Source: Podarcis vaucheri (Eukaryota). Taken from it: DNA of 64,000 nucleotides. The notes below the pieces were generated by a model, which was given only the letters and a program-made list of their open reading frames with translations, did not search any database and had not been told where the DNA came from. Location: the NCBI GenBank assembly GCA_965113315.1, contig OZ220366.1; one strand, written 5' to 3'. Positions 13,433 to 27,149 of this stretch are shown here, piece after piece; positions within the stretch are counted from its first letter, which is position 1, and the number at the start of each line of letters is the position of its first letter. The position numbers and the translations under genes are program-made.

Positions 13433-14904
13433 TCAAAACATTTGATCTACCGTACTTCCTACTCCAAATACCTAGGGTAAGAGCTCCATTGTTTAACAAG
13501 AGCAGGGTAGTATCTATTCATATGGATAGCATTCTCTATTGAAAAACTCTACCAAGAAAACATTTCTGGTGTGTTTTTGAAAAACTCTTCTGCTGATTTC
13601 CTGGTAATGACGAGCAAATCTACCACTTTCTCTGGAATCCAAGCTTGGAGCAGTGCTGCTGAACCTGCACCTGTCCATGAAATTGCAGATGGCTCATGTA
13701 ACACAGGCTATTGCCTTCAAAACAGGAAGGAGGAGGAGAAGCAGCTTGCTTTTGTGAGATGAACACACATTTCCAAAACACTAATTATTTGTTCTCCACA
13801 ATATTATGGATGTCTCATGCATTTACAACTGGGATTCATCTTCATGCATCATTAAAAGCCTAATGTATACCATTGGAAAGCAAGCGAGAGAGAATTGGGG
13901 GGAAATAAGGAGAGAGTCTGCTGCTCAGAAATTACAAATTCTTTAGTTATTTTGCCAAGAGACTTTCTGTGATATTCATTTTCTAAAGTCTTCTGCTGAA
14001 TTGGAAGAATTAGAGGCAGGAAAATAATATATATCCTTAACAGATATGCAAATAGCCGGTTTTAGAATGTTCGTTAGAGAAGTCAACAGTTGTCACGTAT
14101 GCAAATCTAACATCTCAATCAGAGAGGCAAGAATCTGAGAGCCAATATCTCTTCCATGTCAGTGAGCTGGTTCTGCAACATCCCACATCTGTTTCAACAC
14201 ATATACACATGTTGAAATAGATGCAAGTGGTCTCACCGTATGTGATGGTGTTTGCATGATTTTTTGAGACAGAAATTATCTTTGTAACAATTGCCATATG
14301 CAGAGAAACTCAGCTGGAATTCAGTTAGAATTCAGTAATATTTGAACAAAAAAAATTATACCCTTATGCAGTTAAGAAGCAGAGTAAGGCACAATTAACA
14401 TGGTTGACTGTCAAAGCTATAGAAATTGAACAAAAAGCACACAGTAGTGCAATTAGTATATCACTGAAATTCTCCTACTTCTTTTTGAAAGATAATTTGG
14501 AGTTGTTTTTTTAAAGTCAACCTTTTTAAAATAGGCATACGATTTCTGTCACTTAAAGCAATGTTGTTTTGGGATCAAATAATAATTGAGCTTTCATAGC
14601 AAATAAAGGAATAAGAAACAAACAAAAGGAAGACATTGAGCAGCTATATTTGTATTGCACAACATCAGTCAAGAGTCCCTTGCAATCTAAAAAAACACAT
14701 GAAATTTAGATGTACAGGGCTTCCAAGTTCACTTCAAGGGAGGAGAAAGGCCTGTAGATCCCTTCCTTTGGAACATGGAGCTTCAGATTCTGCAGAACTG
14801 ATGGATCTCAGTCCTCCTGAACAGACTTCAAAATTATAATTCTTAATTATTAGTTTATTATTACTATGATTTGTTAGGGAAGTCACGTCCACCTCTTACA
14901 GAGT

Positions 14905-15100
14905 ACTCTTCCCAGGGCAGTTTAACAACCAGCCTCTCTTCCCAGGGAAGTCTGGGTACTGTAGCCCTGTGAGAGAAATACACATCTCCTATCAACTCTC
15001 AGCACCCTTAGTCAACTACACCTCCCAGGAATATTTGGGGGAAGCTATGACTGCTTAAAGTGGTATAATACTGTTTTAAATGTATAGTGAAGATGGGACT
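14905..15100. mobile_element. Degraded MITE fragment, superfamily uncertain
   Basis: Internal inverted CTGGGTACTGTAG / CTACACCTCCCAG and an AAATGTATAGTGAAGATGGG end resembling a common squamate MITE; from recall only. Confidence 0.45.
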
Positions 15101-16254
15101 TTGCAGCCTCTGGATGTTGTGAACTACAACTCCTATCACCCACATCTGGCATGGCTGATGAAAGCTGGGGTCCAAAACATCAGTTTGGCAGACACTGGTT
15201 TACAGTCTAAAATACACTCACACAAATGAATGGTTCTTAGGTACAAAGTTCAGCAGGTAGGACTTCATCAGGTCACTCTGGTGATCTTAGTGGTGGTAGT
15301 TGGTATATGGATGGTGTTGGGCTCTCAGCTCAGGCCATCATTCAGGCATGATGGAAGGTGCCTGGCAGCTGCTTCCTCTCCCTCTGATATCAATGCTAAG
15401 TCATTATAAATATAGCTAACAATACAATGGCAGTCATTTGTATGTATGTATCCCTTTAGAAATATTTTATATTTGATCTAAAATATAAATTAGGTACACT
15501 CAGTGCAGATTTCCCCCTAATAATGGCAATTTTAAAATGAACATTGACATTTGAAACAGAGTTGAAAACAGACCTTTTTGCTGATAAACTCAAAGACCAT
15601 TTCAATTAAAAGTGCATCCTTAAGAAAAGATGAAAGCTGTTGCTCTTACTCTCTTTAAACCGTTTGCGTTCAGCGAAGCCTTCAAGCCACAAGGCTATGA
15701 TTTTGCTTTCATTCTGTATCCCTGACAGCTACAGGAATTAACATTTGCCTTCTTCAAAACACTAAACCTGAGTGTGTCAGTATTCAGCTAGGAGTGCTAA
15801 ATAAGTGTGCATCCAATCATGTCATAATGTATTCTGGCATTACAGCCCAACCTGTCATATCACAAGCCAGCAGGTAGGCAGCAGAGTGACAGAGCTGGAC
15901 ACATACGCCACTACAGGTTGAGATGGGCTAGATATAAGAAAAGCCCTGCCTGATAATAAATCATGCTGCATCCATGCTGTTTACACCATTCATTTTTGTC
16001 ATGAGATAAAATGCCGGTCCTCTGTAGTAGCAATTACATTTTATCAGCCTAGTAACCAAAGAAGCAAACAGTAATTGTCATGTAACATCATGTAAGATTA
16101 CAATAGCTGGATAATCATTCCTTTAATCAGTGATAACTCAGTTCTCTTACCTGCTTTAGTGTGCTCCCCCCCCCCAGTCATGCCATTCATCATGAACTGA
16201 GGTACCACAATAAACTGAGAAAGCCAGATTTCTTAGCAGAGTTTTTGAAAAGAG

Positions 16255-16680
16255 TCATGGAATCATATAACTGTAGGGTCAGAGGGGACCCTGAAAATCA
16301 TCTACTCCAAAGCTTTGCCATGCAGGAATCTCAACTAAAGTATCCCTTCTTGTAACTTGAAGCTGTTGATTTGGATCCTAGCCTCTGGAGCACGAAAAAA
16401 CAAACTTGCTCCATCTTCCATGTGACAGCCCTTTAGATATTTGAAGATGGCTATCCAGGCTAAACATACCCAACTCCCTCAACCATTCCTCATACGGCTT
16501 GGTTTCCAGACCCTTTAGCATCTTGGTTCCCCTCCTCTGCTTGTCAATATCCTTCTTAAATTGTGGTGCCCAGAACCAGACACAGTACTTTAGGCATGGT
16601 CAGACCAAGGCAGAAGAGAGTGGGATTATTACTTCCCTTGATAGGAACACTTTATTTCTGTTGAAGCAGCCTAGGTTAGA
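16255..16680 (-). mobile_element. CR1 LINE 3' fragment
   Basis: Reverse complement resembles 3814-4171 (ttgtaacttgaag, cttgctccatcttccatgtgacagccc, ccaggctaaacatacccaactccc); tail TCATGGAATCATA. Confidence 0.82.
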
Positions 16681-17253
16681 AATACTGTGGATACTCAGTA
16701 AATTTTACATTCTGTTTAACAATGCAATTCTATGCATGTCTACTGAGAACTAATGTGGCTTATTCCCAGGTGAGTTGATACAGTACTGCATCCTAATAAG
16801 ACTAGAATAGTCCAATGCTGCTGTCCTAGCTTTTCCAGAAAGTCAGCAGCTGGACATCAGAACAGGAAAGGGTAGTGAGAATATGTGTATCATGATGGAG
16901 GCAGCTTTGTCTTTCTTCAGTGGAGTTTCTTTCCATATTAGATCCCTTTTCCAAGGGGGACCTGGCCACCCTACCAAATAACAAAGTAACAGGGTGATCC
17001 TAACCACGTCTACCCAGAAGAAAGTCTGTTGAATTCAATAGGGCTTGCTCCCAGATGAATGGGGTTAGGATTCCAGCCTAATGGATTATCTTGTATTGTC
17101 TAATTACATTGTGAAATATAGAGATATAGCTGATAATATTTCTCTTTTGCTAGGTCATCAAGTTTCAATAATATGTGGAAAGACATTTATCTGCATTCTT
17201 AATGAATATAGAAAGTAATTATCTTGGGTGATTTTTTTAAAAAATCAATTAAG

Positions 17254-17508
17254 AAGAAGAAGAAGAAGAGTTTGGATTTGATATCCCGCCTTTCACTCCC
17301 CTTCAGGAGTCTCAAAGCGGCTAACATTCTCCTTTCCCTTCCTCCCCCACAACAAACACTCTGTGAGGTGAGTGGGGCTGAGAGACTTCACAGAAGTGTG
17401 ACTGGCCCAAGGTCACCCAGCAGCTGCATGTGGAGGAGCGGAGACACGAACCCGGTTTCCCAGATTACGTGACTACCGCTCTTAACCACTACACCATACT
17501 GGCTCTCC
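17254..17508 (-). mobile_element. tRNA-derived SINE with CORE-like body and (TTC)n tail (Squam3-like)
   Basis: Minus strand reads GGAGAGCCAGTATGGTGTAGTGGTTAAGAGC (A box)...GGGTTCG (B box)...GGGTGACCTTGGGCCAGTCAC (CORE-like)...(TTC)n. Flanking direct repeat AATTAAG at 17247-17253 and 17510-17516. Confidence 0.85.
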
Positions 17509-17749
17509 TAATTAAGTGTTTTCTTATTGCTGTTCAGTGTGGGTGTGTGGGTAAAGGTGTCTCTATGTGTGTAAAGTACGAGAATGAGCTCCAACCCAAT
17601 GCCGTATGTTCTATATTTTAATGAGAATGCTCTTTTTCTAACTTGGCCTTACTGATTATTGTGATATTCAATGTCATGTTCTTCCCTTCTGGAATTTGCA
17701 CACAAACTAAACAAAAGAAAAGAAGTCCTCTTACTATATATTATTCTAA

Positions 17750-17840
17750 TAGTGCGATCCTATACATGTTTTCTTGGAAGCAAGCCCCACTGTGTTTAAT
17801 GAGGCTTATTCCCTATGCAAGGGTGTTTACAATTGCAGCC
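17750..17840. mobile_element. ~90-bp palindromic MITE-like element (representative copy)
   Basis: GCGATCCTATAC...AAGCCCCA..TGAGGCTT...ATTGCAGCC. Related copies at ~425-506, ~16722-16795, ~16992-17079, ~18580-18735, ~20603-20693 and ~43940-44030. Confidence 0.7.
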
Positions 17841-18012
17841 TTACCTGCAATCCTGACACACCCTTATTAGGAGTAAGCCCTATTAAACACAGTGGGATTT
17901 AGAATAGGCATAAACCTTTATTAGATTGCGTTGTAAAGCAATCCCTTTTGGATTTGGATTTCCTTGTGCATTTTTATTGTTTTGGCATTATCTCAATGCT
18001 AGTTTTGGATCT

Positions 18013-18015
<3 letters not shown>

Positions 18016-18060
<45 letters not shown>
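18016..18060. repeat. (GA)n microsatellite
   Basis: Directly visible. Confidence 0.97.
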
Positions 18061-18061
<1 letters not shown>

Positions 18062-19519
18062 ATGCAAGATTAAAGGCTATTGTAACTTTTAACAAAATTA
18101 TACAATTACAAAATCAAAATCATCTTCAAATTCAGTATCACTTCATATTTTAATACCAGAATCCCCTTCCAATTCATGATTTTCCTTGTTAACCGATTGA
18201 TTTTTTTTCCTGGGTCAAAGGGTGATGCTCACATATTAAAAAGCCATCCTCTTATACAGTATATCATAACTGCTTGCCACAGAATTAACAGATGGGGGCA
18301 TCAAAGCAAAACAAAATTAAGTAATTATTACAACATGCGAGAATGCTTAACAATATTCTACTGCTATTGTGTTTTGACTGACTAAATGAAAAGAAGTATT
18401 GGTTTAACTCACAGACTGAACATATTTGGTTTGCCTTTAATTCAGTGCATGTCCTGTATTTTTACTGAAAGGTAGAATAATAAACTTGGCATGCAAAATC
18501 ATAACATAATTCTGCATGGCAACCTGGAATATGAGTCTGATCCCATGATCTGTTTTGAAGAAGATAGGTAATAAATTTAGGTGCAATTCTCTATGAATCT
18601 CTTCAGAAGCGAACCCTGTACCATTCAGTGTGTATCATTGCAGCAATGCTTGCAATCCCGCCATGTCTATTCAGAAGTGAATTCTACTGAATTCAGTGGG
18701 GCTTACTCCCAGGTAAACGGAATTAGAATTCCAACTTTTGGCACTTTCCTAGCTGCACAATTGTTGGTTTATTTGAAACATCCCCCCCCCCCCCCCGGAA
18801 TGAAGTGCTTACATATTTGGGAAGAAAATAAAGTGTTTATTATATATTAATAAGCAATGGTTATATATATATTAATTTATTATATATTATATAGTGAAAG
18901 GAAAGCATGATGATAATAAATATGTAAATATCTGTCTGCGGGGTGAGGGGAGAGATGGGAATATATGGTGGTGTGTCATGTAGGAAGTGAACAGAAACAG
19001 AATACAAACAGCCCTTTCTTTAACAAATACATGCCAGGATGCCACTGGCAATATGTTACATTTCTATCTATATTTACAGATACCATCTTGTCTTAAGAAA
19101 TCTCAGAAAATCTACACCTAATAGATTGAAGCTGATGGTTTCAATTCATTCCTTGCTATGCCTTGACCTGCCTGGTACCCCCATAAAGAATTTATCAACT
19201 TATTCCTGGCCATTACAAGGTCTTCTTTAAATCCTTGTCAGTTTTCTGATTATATTGTTACGAATGTAGATGTCTATGCAAATGCATCAGTTCCTTATTT
19301 TATGAAGAGAGCTACTTTCTTACCAAACAAAATGAGTGATATATGGATTTCTTAGCAATACACAGTACTTAGCAAATTGGTTTTATTTCAGTCTGTGGAA
19401 CTAAAACGGATTCACCCAACGATCCTATGAAGTAAGATGGTGTCGCCACTGGTGTCAATGTCATTGAATGCTCGTTCAATGGTGTAATCAATACATGGAT
19501 CATCTGAATCAGGAGACGT

Positions 19520-20030
19520 AGTCCAGGAGCTAGATTAGTGTTTGAAGGTCACGATGGGTTGGATCTAGGACAGTAAAATGAAGCTGAACCCAGTTAAGAT
19601 GGTGGTGTTGTGCACTCTGAGTTCTCAGGTGCAAGAGATAACTTGTTCTGGATCCAGTTGCACTCCCTGGAAGGAGCTTGGGGGTACTTCTGGAACCCAG
19701 GTGGTGTCAGTGGCTATTTTTAGCTGCAGTTGGTTCTTCAGCTATGTCTCTTTTGGACTGTACTCCATGCTCTGGCAACCATCAGGTGGTTGGCAGCCTC
19801 AATATGGTGCATTAGCATCACTATGATTCAGCTTCTGTTGTGTGCTGAAGATGCCATTTTGTTCCTTGGCCTTTAACAGCTGAAAAGTAATTTTGGGGAG
19901 CTCCCTAAAAACCTGATGATTGCTGTTTATAGTTGGTTGTTTTTGTTTTAAATTGTACTGCTTTTATTGTTGTAGCCCCCCATGAGACCTTATAATAAAG
20001 GATGGATAATAATAAATAATGCTAATACTA
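19520..20030 (+). mobile_element. Old degraded L2 LINE fragments
   Basis: MGWI*DSKMKLNPVKM resembles the L2 post-RT motif W...KLKLNPxKT; L2-type tail at ~19965-20030. Confidence 0.55.
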
Positions 20031-23000
20031 ATGGAGTTTACTCAATTACAAATAGATGGATTTGCTTTCTTTCATTCTTGACCATCTAATGCTAATTTAG
20101 CATTACTGCAGGATCTTTTGCTAAGATCAACCCACCCTATGCTCTCAGTTGTGATATAATAGTGGTGAGTGGGTTATTTCCAGTATTAAGAACTATGTGT
20201 CTATTACAGGATACACAAGTGATAACAAAGGTTTTTGTGTGTTTTTTAAAAAAAGAAAGTTCTGCCATGGTGCTATTCCTTTTTAATCTACTTCATAATA
20301 TATACAACTACTATACCCTCTTCTGCTACCATGCTTTCTGTTCAAGATCTAACACTTATCTCAAGACATTAAAATAGTCAATAAAGTCAGGAATTACCCT
20401 GACCTTCATCTATAGCTCTTCTGCTCAATTCAGCATGCTGCATATTGATGAGCTCTGCTCTGTAGCATAGTTCACTTGGATTTTCTAATATTTGGATATG
20501 TCTGTAGGAGCTATAAATGGTAAGTGCTTATTGATCCAACATCATTTGTTATTCATTACTGTGATGAGCTTCATAATACCTTTGATATAATAGTTCTAAA
20601 ATCAGCCGAATTCTATACAAGTCTACTCAGAAGTAAGTCTCCTTGAGTTCATTGGGACTTTTACTCAGGCCTGTGTGTATAAGATTTTAGACTTACTAAT
20701 ATAGGATTTTAGATTACTTTTCATTCATTTATTCAATTTCTGCCTCACCCTTTCTTCTGAAGGAGCCCACGGTGGCAAACACATCAATAATAAAAATAAT
20801 AATAATTGTAAAGGCATTCTAAAAACAGTTTAAAATATTAAAAACCAGCCAGTGATTTACAGATTGCCAAGAACAGTATCTATCAGTCACCCAATGTTTG
20901 AGAAAACAGGAATCTTTTTCAATTCCTCCTGCAAGTCAATAATGAGAGAGATTAATGCATCTCACTAGGGAGGACATTCCACAAATGGCCACTGAGATGG
21001 CTCTGCTGTGAATTCAAACCAACCAGGCAGCTCCCAGTGCCTGGATATTGCATAACTAGTGCATAGATATTGGATGGATAAGTGTCCCTTCAGCATAAAG
21101 ATTATAGACTTTCATTAAAGCATAAAAACTATGTGATTTGGTTAAATATGATTTTAATCTACTTCATTTTCTCTGTCTCTTCCTCTCTCTTCTCTCCAAA
21201 GTACAGATAATTTTGGGTGGTAACCACTAATACAAAACATGAGTGGTAATGGAACTATTAGCCAATTATAAAAGCATTTAAAACATTAGACAATAGTGTA
21301 GCAACACCAAGCAAATACAAGTTGTCCTTACAATTCAGCACCACACTGTAATAATGAAACCCAAACAGTGGGTTTGAAATAGGATTGATACTGTCATAAC
21401 TCTGAAGATTTTTTTAGTGATTGTAAAATTTGAAGAATAAAACCATACAGAGCAAAGATAAATGTAACCTTTATTATATCAACTAGACGAATTAACTAAT
21501 GCAAGGTTTCATTGACTTTCTTTTCATTTTCGTGAAATGATGGGGTGGGATTCAAGATGAGAAATTCACAAAATATTAATTGTTCTTTACCAGTTCTTCA
21601 AACACTTGGCAAATATAGCAATTAAATTACCGAATGCTTAATGTGGGTGTGTTTGTTCAATTCTGTGGTGAGAGCTGGGGTCATTTACCTCTATCTGTTG
21701 TCTACCTGGCATGGGTTATTCCACCCCAACTTCAAGCACCATAGCAATCTGTTAACAGATCTGTGCTTCTAGTGAGGAGGCACTTGACCAACCCACTCTC
21801 CCCTGATTCACTAGTCAACTGTGAGATACTGGATGGGAAAGTCTCCTTTCACCATGAAGAGGCTTCCCATCCTTGGGACATGTTGGTCTGCCCCTGACAC
21901 ACATGCTCCACCTTTTTGTTCCCTCTACCATCAGAGCACTGAAGACAGAGCAGCTATAGCACTGGTCCTTATGGTGTTAATGGGGACAGTACTCCTATCT
22001 CTGCCTCCAAGAGCACACTCCTTTCTTGACCTTGAAGAGGGACAATCCTCAAATTCCTATGGCCCCTTGGAGACCACAGGACCACACCCTTCCAAAGACC
22101 ATTGCATTACATCCTCAAATGTTATTTTTTAAGCTTAACATGCTGCCCGTTTTTTTGAAATTGAACTTATAAGGCGGTCAACACGTAAAGGAGGAATAAT
22201 TTCTAAAACTCACTAACTTTGAATTCGCATTGATTGTATATTACAGAGGACATGAACCTCGATTTGGATTTCTACCACACATTTTCAAAGGACTAAAAAT
22301 AATAACTGTCTTGCCAGGGATAACAGAAAGAAGGCGTTTGAATGAGATTTGGTAATGAGGTAGTCATTGGAGAGCCCTGGTGGCACTTCATAAGAAGGGG
22401 CAGCCCCTGAAGCAAAGTTAGCCGTTGATTAGCATGCCAAGTTAGAGTACTTAAAGGGAAGAGGAAGTCAGTCAGAAAGAGGCAAGTGGGTGGTAAAGGG
22501 GACAGACTAATGAAGAGGCCGCTGTTGTGGCAAAATTTAATGCTAATATTTTCTCATTATTTGGAGAGGGAGGATATAGCTGCTTTTTTAAGAGTGTTAC
22601 ATCATGAATACCAATTAGAAGAAGAAATGCAGGCACTTGGTTGTCACCACGAATATGCAATGCTCTAATGTGCCTGAGGCCTTAGCGCATAGTAATTGGG
22701 TGGACTGCAAAGGGTGCTGAATGCAAATTAATGCATTCTGAGATGATGGGGGAGGGTTGCAAATCCTTTTCCTTCTTTAAATGAAGAACAAGGCAAATGC
22801 TAAAGAGTACACTTGGAATCCAGATATACAAACATTCACTCTATGGAGGAGGGACTTGCAATGTAATATTTGTACTGAGGGTGTGTGTGAATACTTATTT
22901 TTGCATACATACTGCAGAGGGAGTGCTTTATGTGAATGTACAACCACAGAGATTGGATTATCATTTCTTCTCAGCTGAAAAATGACCAGTTGTTCAGTTG

Positions 23001-23074
23001 GGTTCCTTATAGAATCAATCAAAATATAAATAACTTTGGCAGCAATTCTTGAACCAGTAATTGTGATAAATTGA

Positions 23075-23345
23075 ATAATAGAATTATAGAGTTTGAATGG
23101 AACCCAGAGGCCATCTAGTCCAACCCCTGCAACACAGGAATCTCAACTAAAGCACCCCTGACAAATGACCATCCAAACTCTGCTTAAAAGCCGTCAACGA
23201 AAGAGAGTCCACCACCCTACATAGGAGTCTGTTCCACTGTTGAACAGCTCTTACCCTTCTGATATTTACTCAGAAGCTCTTTTCTTGTAATCCATTGGTT
23301 TGGATCCTACTCTCTGCAAAAGGAGAAAACAAGATTTCATCTCCC
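23075..23345 (-). mobile_element. CR1 LINE 3' fragment
   Basis: ATAGAATTATAGAGTTTGAA...CATCTAGTCCAACCCCTGCAA; reverse complement of the family at 3814-4171. Confidence 0.83.
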
Positions 23346-24547
23346 ATAGATTAACTTCAATTTTTTCACCCATTCTTGTAATCTGTTTGCATACTATAAA
23401 GGTACAACGAGGCTTTGTTGCATAAATACATTTCAAACGTTTCAAGTCAGGAGAAACACCCTGATCATGATTAGTTTTAACAATGTTTAATTAGTAAAAT
23501 ACTACTTATTCTTTACTTTGTGATCAGGCCAGTTTATGTGGAAAAAGTCATTCTCTCAGGTAACTTGGTCCTGAGCTGTTTCGGTCATCAGTGACTGAAA
23601 TAAATCGATTCATTCATTCATTCATTCATTAAAATAAAAAAAAACATGTTAAACTTGGCTTGGTTGCTATTTGGAAGTCAGTAATTTGAGGTTTGTTATT
23701 AATTTTTAAGGAAAGACACTTGAGAGAACATTTCTACACCTCTGTCTCTCCAAACTGCTCTTTTGTGGAAATCACAGGAGGTGTGGACAATTCTATCTAG
23801 TTTGATACTTTCAAGTTGTTCTAGAAGGGAAGTAGAAGGCCTATTATACCGGGTGAATCTATTAACATAATTAGCATTGCATTCTGCCTAGCAGCTCTCA
23901 AGATGGGATGCACTGGGGGGAAAATACACTTGTGATGAACAGTAAAGTAATAGCAGGAAAGTGTATTCATTTTCTTATCTCACAGAATCATAGCATCAGT
24001 GAGAAATAGGCAAGTGTATATTTCTGCTGAGCGTTTTAAACACGAGAGTAAAGCAGATTTTTTCAGTGGCTGGGAAAGCCACACATTAGACATGAGGAAA
24101 ATGTACATGAGGGTAATGGAAAGAACGCTAGAGAAGAATGCATGAGAGTGAGTTGCTTGGTAACAGAATGTGTGGGTTGGGAAAGAGGGATTGAATATAA
24201 ATAGTGGCAGGCGCAAGTAGAGTGGCAGGCTCAAATAGCTCCGTGTACAGTAAAGCAACAGATAACTGAGATTGGTATTTACCTTGTGGCTGATGTATGT
24301 GTCCGATAAAAATGTTGGATGCTTTAGGTCTGCTTCTGAGATAAGTGTGTGTGTGTGTGTTGCTTTTATAACACATGAAGTTTCAACACCTAGTTCCCAC
24401 TTTAGAGAATCTGAATGCTGCATGCTTCCTTATAGAAATAACCTAGCGGAAGCTCCTAGGTGAGATCCATTATGGCTATATGGTCTGTCATATATAAGGT
24501 ATACCAGTCATCATGTGAGCAATTCTTTGGCACTGGGTGACATTCTA

Positions 24548-24909
24548 GGTAAAGGTAAAGGTACCCCTGCCCGAACGGGCCAGTCTTGACAGACTCTGGG
24601 GTTTGTGCGCCCATCTCACATTTATTGGCCGGGGGCCAGCGCTGTCCGAAGACACTTCCGGGTCACGTGGCCAGCGTGACAACGCTGCTCTGGCGAGCCA
24701 GAGCCGCACACGGAACGCCGTTTACCTTCCCGCTGGTAAGCGGTACCTATTTATCTACTTGCCCCCGGGGGTGCTTTCGAACTGCTAGGTGGGCAGGCGC
24801 TGGGACCGAGCAGCGGGAGCGCACCCCGCCGCGGGGATTCGAACCGCCGACCTTTCGATCGGCAAGCCCTAGGCGCTGAGGCTTTAGCCCGCAGCGCCAC
24901 CCGCGTCCC
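24548..24909 (-). mobile_element. Sauria SINE, full length, young
   Basis: Close reverse complement of 5819-6183; (AAAGGT)n tail; 13-bp TSD GGGTGACATTCTA at 24535-24547 and 24910-24922. Confidence 0.93.
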
Positions 24910-25102
24910 GGGTGACATTCTAAGCCCAAGTTAAACCCAACCCCAACATTTGGGCCAAACATTTTAGCAGATGCACACACCCTGTACCACACTTCCACCC
25001 TCAACTCTTGAAGCGGTATAGCGGCTTTCCCAGCAAGTTTCAGAGCCTTTATTTTGCCCCAAAACAATTTTGGAAAAACCTCCCCTGGGTGGGTAATATA
25101 GC

Positions 25103-25586
25103 TGTCCAGGATTGGCAGAGGAGGAATGGTGGAGACTGCCTTCCCATCCTGACCCTTCCAGGGAGGAGGAAGTGGAAAACAGTATAGATTTACAACAGGG
25201 GGTTGAGGGAGGTCACAGCTCAGAGGCAGATGAAAGGGAAAGGTCAGAAATCATAGGAGAGCCAGAGCAGATGGCTGACACTTCACTAGAAAGCATTCCA
25301 GACCCACCATCTCCCAGAACCCTGCGGGCCTTAAAAGTAGGAGAGCAAAGAACTCAAAGACAGAGGGCACTTAGCAGTACCTGTAGAGGAGGTGATGATG
25401 GTGACAAAGGAGGAAGTGGGAGAGACAGAGGGTGGAGATTCACTCGGGACAACGCTATTACCAAGAGGCTGAGTTCTATAGCCTCTCGCTGTAAAGTTTA
25501 AAATAAAAAAGGACTGTAAGAAACTTTTCCCTTGTCTTTATACTTTCCTGGGCAACCAGCTGGGATCCGCTGATAGCATTCTGACA
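25103..25586 (+). mobile_element. Solo LTR (484 bp) of an LTR retrotransposon
   Basis: TGTC...GACA termini; 5-bp TSD ATAGC (25098-25102, 25587-25591); AATAAA at 25502-25507. Confidence 0.82.
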
Positions 25587-25636
25587 ATAGCTTCACATGG
25601 CTCTTACTTAGGATGGGAAATAAGTGGGATTGGGGG

Positions 25637-25720
25637 CATAGCTGTCCCTTTTTTAAAAAGGGAAATTCCCGTATTCCGAATAGGATTCCTCGCAAGAAAA
25701 GGGAAATGTTGACAGCTCTG
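25637..25720. mobile_element. 84-bp hAT-type MITE
   Basis: TIRs CATAGCTGTC / GACAGCTCTG; perfect 8-bp TSD ATTGGGGG (25629-25636, 25721-25728). Confidence 0.88.
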
Positions 25721-27002
25721 ATTGGGGGTTCACAAATAAGATCGAGGGAAAGGCTCTTGGGCTCTGTAGCATTTCTGTTTTTTGTCACTAGTGTGACAAA
25801 GCCCAACAGTTTAATGAGCTCAGAAGAAGAATTGTTGTACTTAAAAACAACAGCAACGGAGGAGAGGGTGCTCTGCTTGTTTGCACCTTGATAAATATTA
25901 GTTTGCTGTTTCCAACGTTAGTCTCTGACCTGTATGATCACCATAGAGGAGCACAGTGAAGAAGTGTCAGCTTATTTGCAGGGTTGTTCATAGTTCTCAG
26001 CATCAGACACATTATATCCTATAGTAGGCTAACAAGTTCTTCAAGTCCATGACAATTTTGTACAGCCTACCTGTCCTACTGGCATTTGAAAACACATTAA
26101 TAGCAAAGGAACAGCAACACAGTGCCTGCATGCAGAGAGTGAGAGAGAGCTCTTTCAAGACTCTGGAGATCCTGGCAAAGCTGCCATAAATCTCTTCTGG
26201 CATCTAGTACTCCAGGGTATTTTACCTTTTGATCTTGTGTTGCAACTAACAATCTCTCCAAACAAAATTAAGTGTAGAGCAAGCTCTGGAATTCCCATGC
26301 TGCTATTCACAGAACTCCTTATTAAATACAATCAATAGCTATGAACACATGATTTGCCACCAGTACGCTACAGTGACATGGATATACAATGAAATCCTCA
26401 TTTAACTGATTTCTCCATGACAGAATATAGTTCCTTCACTGAATGCTCATTTTAAACTTTCTGAATCCATCAGCAGCTGGCAGCAATCTTCTAGAATACC
26501 TGAACAAAATGAATAAACCCTTAGATTACAAGAGACAAGGCATCCTAGGATTATGGTTCTAATTACGGCAAAAGTTGACATAAATAAATCTGAGTGTTTC
26601 CTCTTCTGAAATGTGTTTGTCCATTTTGAATCAGATGCAGTTTTTCATTCCTGATCCACTACAATAGTCAATATTGGTGTATACCATTCAGAAATAATGC
26701 AATGGCATTACTTCCCCTTAATATATGAACTTATTTTGATAATGTAATTAAAACCAATGAAAGTCTCCCTGGGCAGTTCTACTCTAAGTAGATTTATGCT
26801 TCTGTACCTAATGTTCATCACAATAAATTTGTCGGGCAACAACAGCCAAATGATTCTTCACAGCAACAAAAGCGATCTACGGCCAGTCCTCATTACTATA
26901 AGTATCTTTCCTTTGGTTGGAATAAGAAGGCTCCATGGTCTCACTGTGTCAGTAGCTTTCAGCCTGGGAACTATTACCTAACTAGCTTCTTTGTTTGGGG
27001 AA

Positions 27003-27102
27003 GTTTTTAATGTTGATGTTTTGTTGTATTTTTAATATTTTGTTGGAACCCGCCCAGAGTGGCTGGAAAAGCCCAGCCAGATGGGTGAGGTATAAATAAT
27101 AA

Positions 27103-27148
<46 letters not shown>
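27003..27148 (+). mobile_element. L2 3' tail with (TTA)n
   Basis: CCGCCCAGAGTGGCTGG...CCAGATGGGTGAGGTATAAATAATAAA(TTA)n; same family as 49492-49720. Confidence 0.75.

Positions 27149-27149
<1 letters not shown>

Noticed and set aside
17926-18153. ORFs with poly-ER, poly-I or poly-N runs (also 3670, 27007, 30553, 49544)
   Set aside because: Translated microsatellites.
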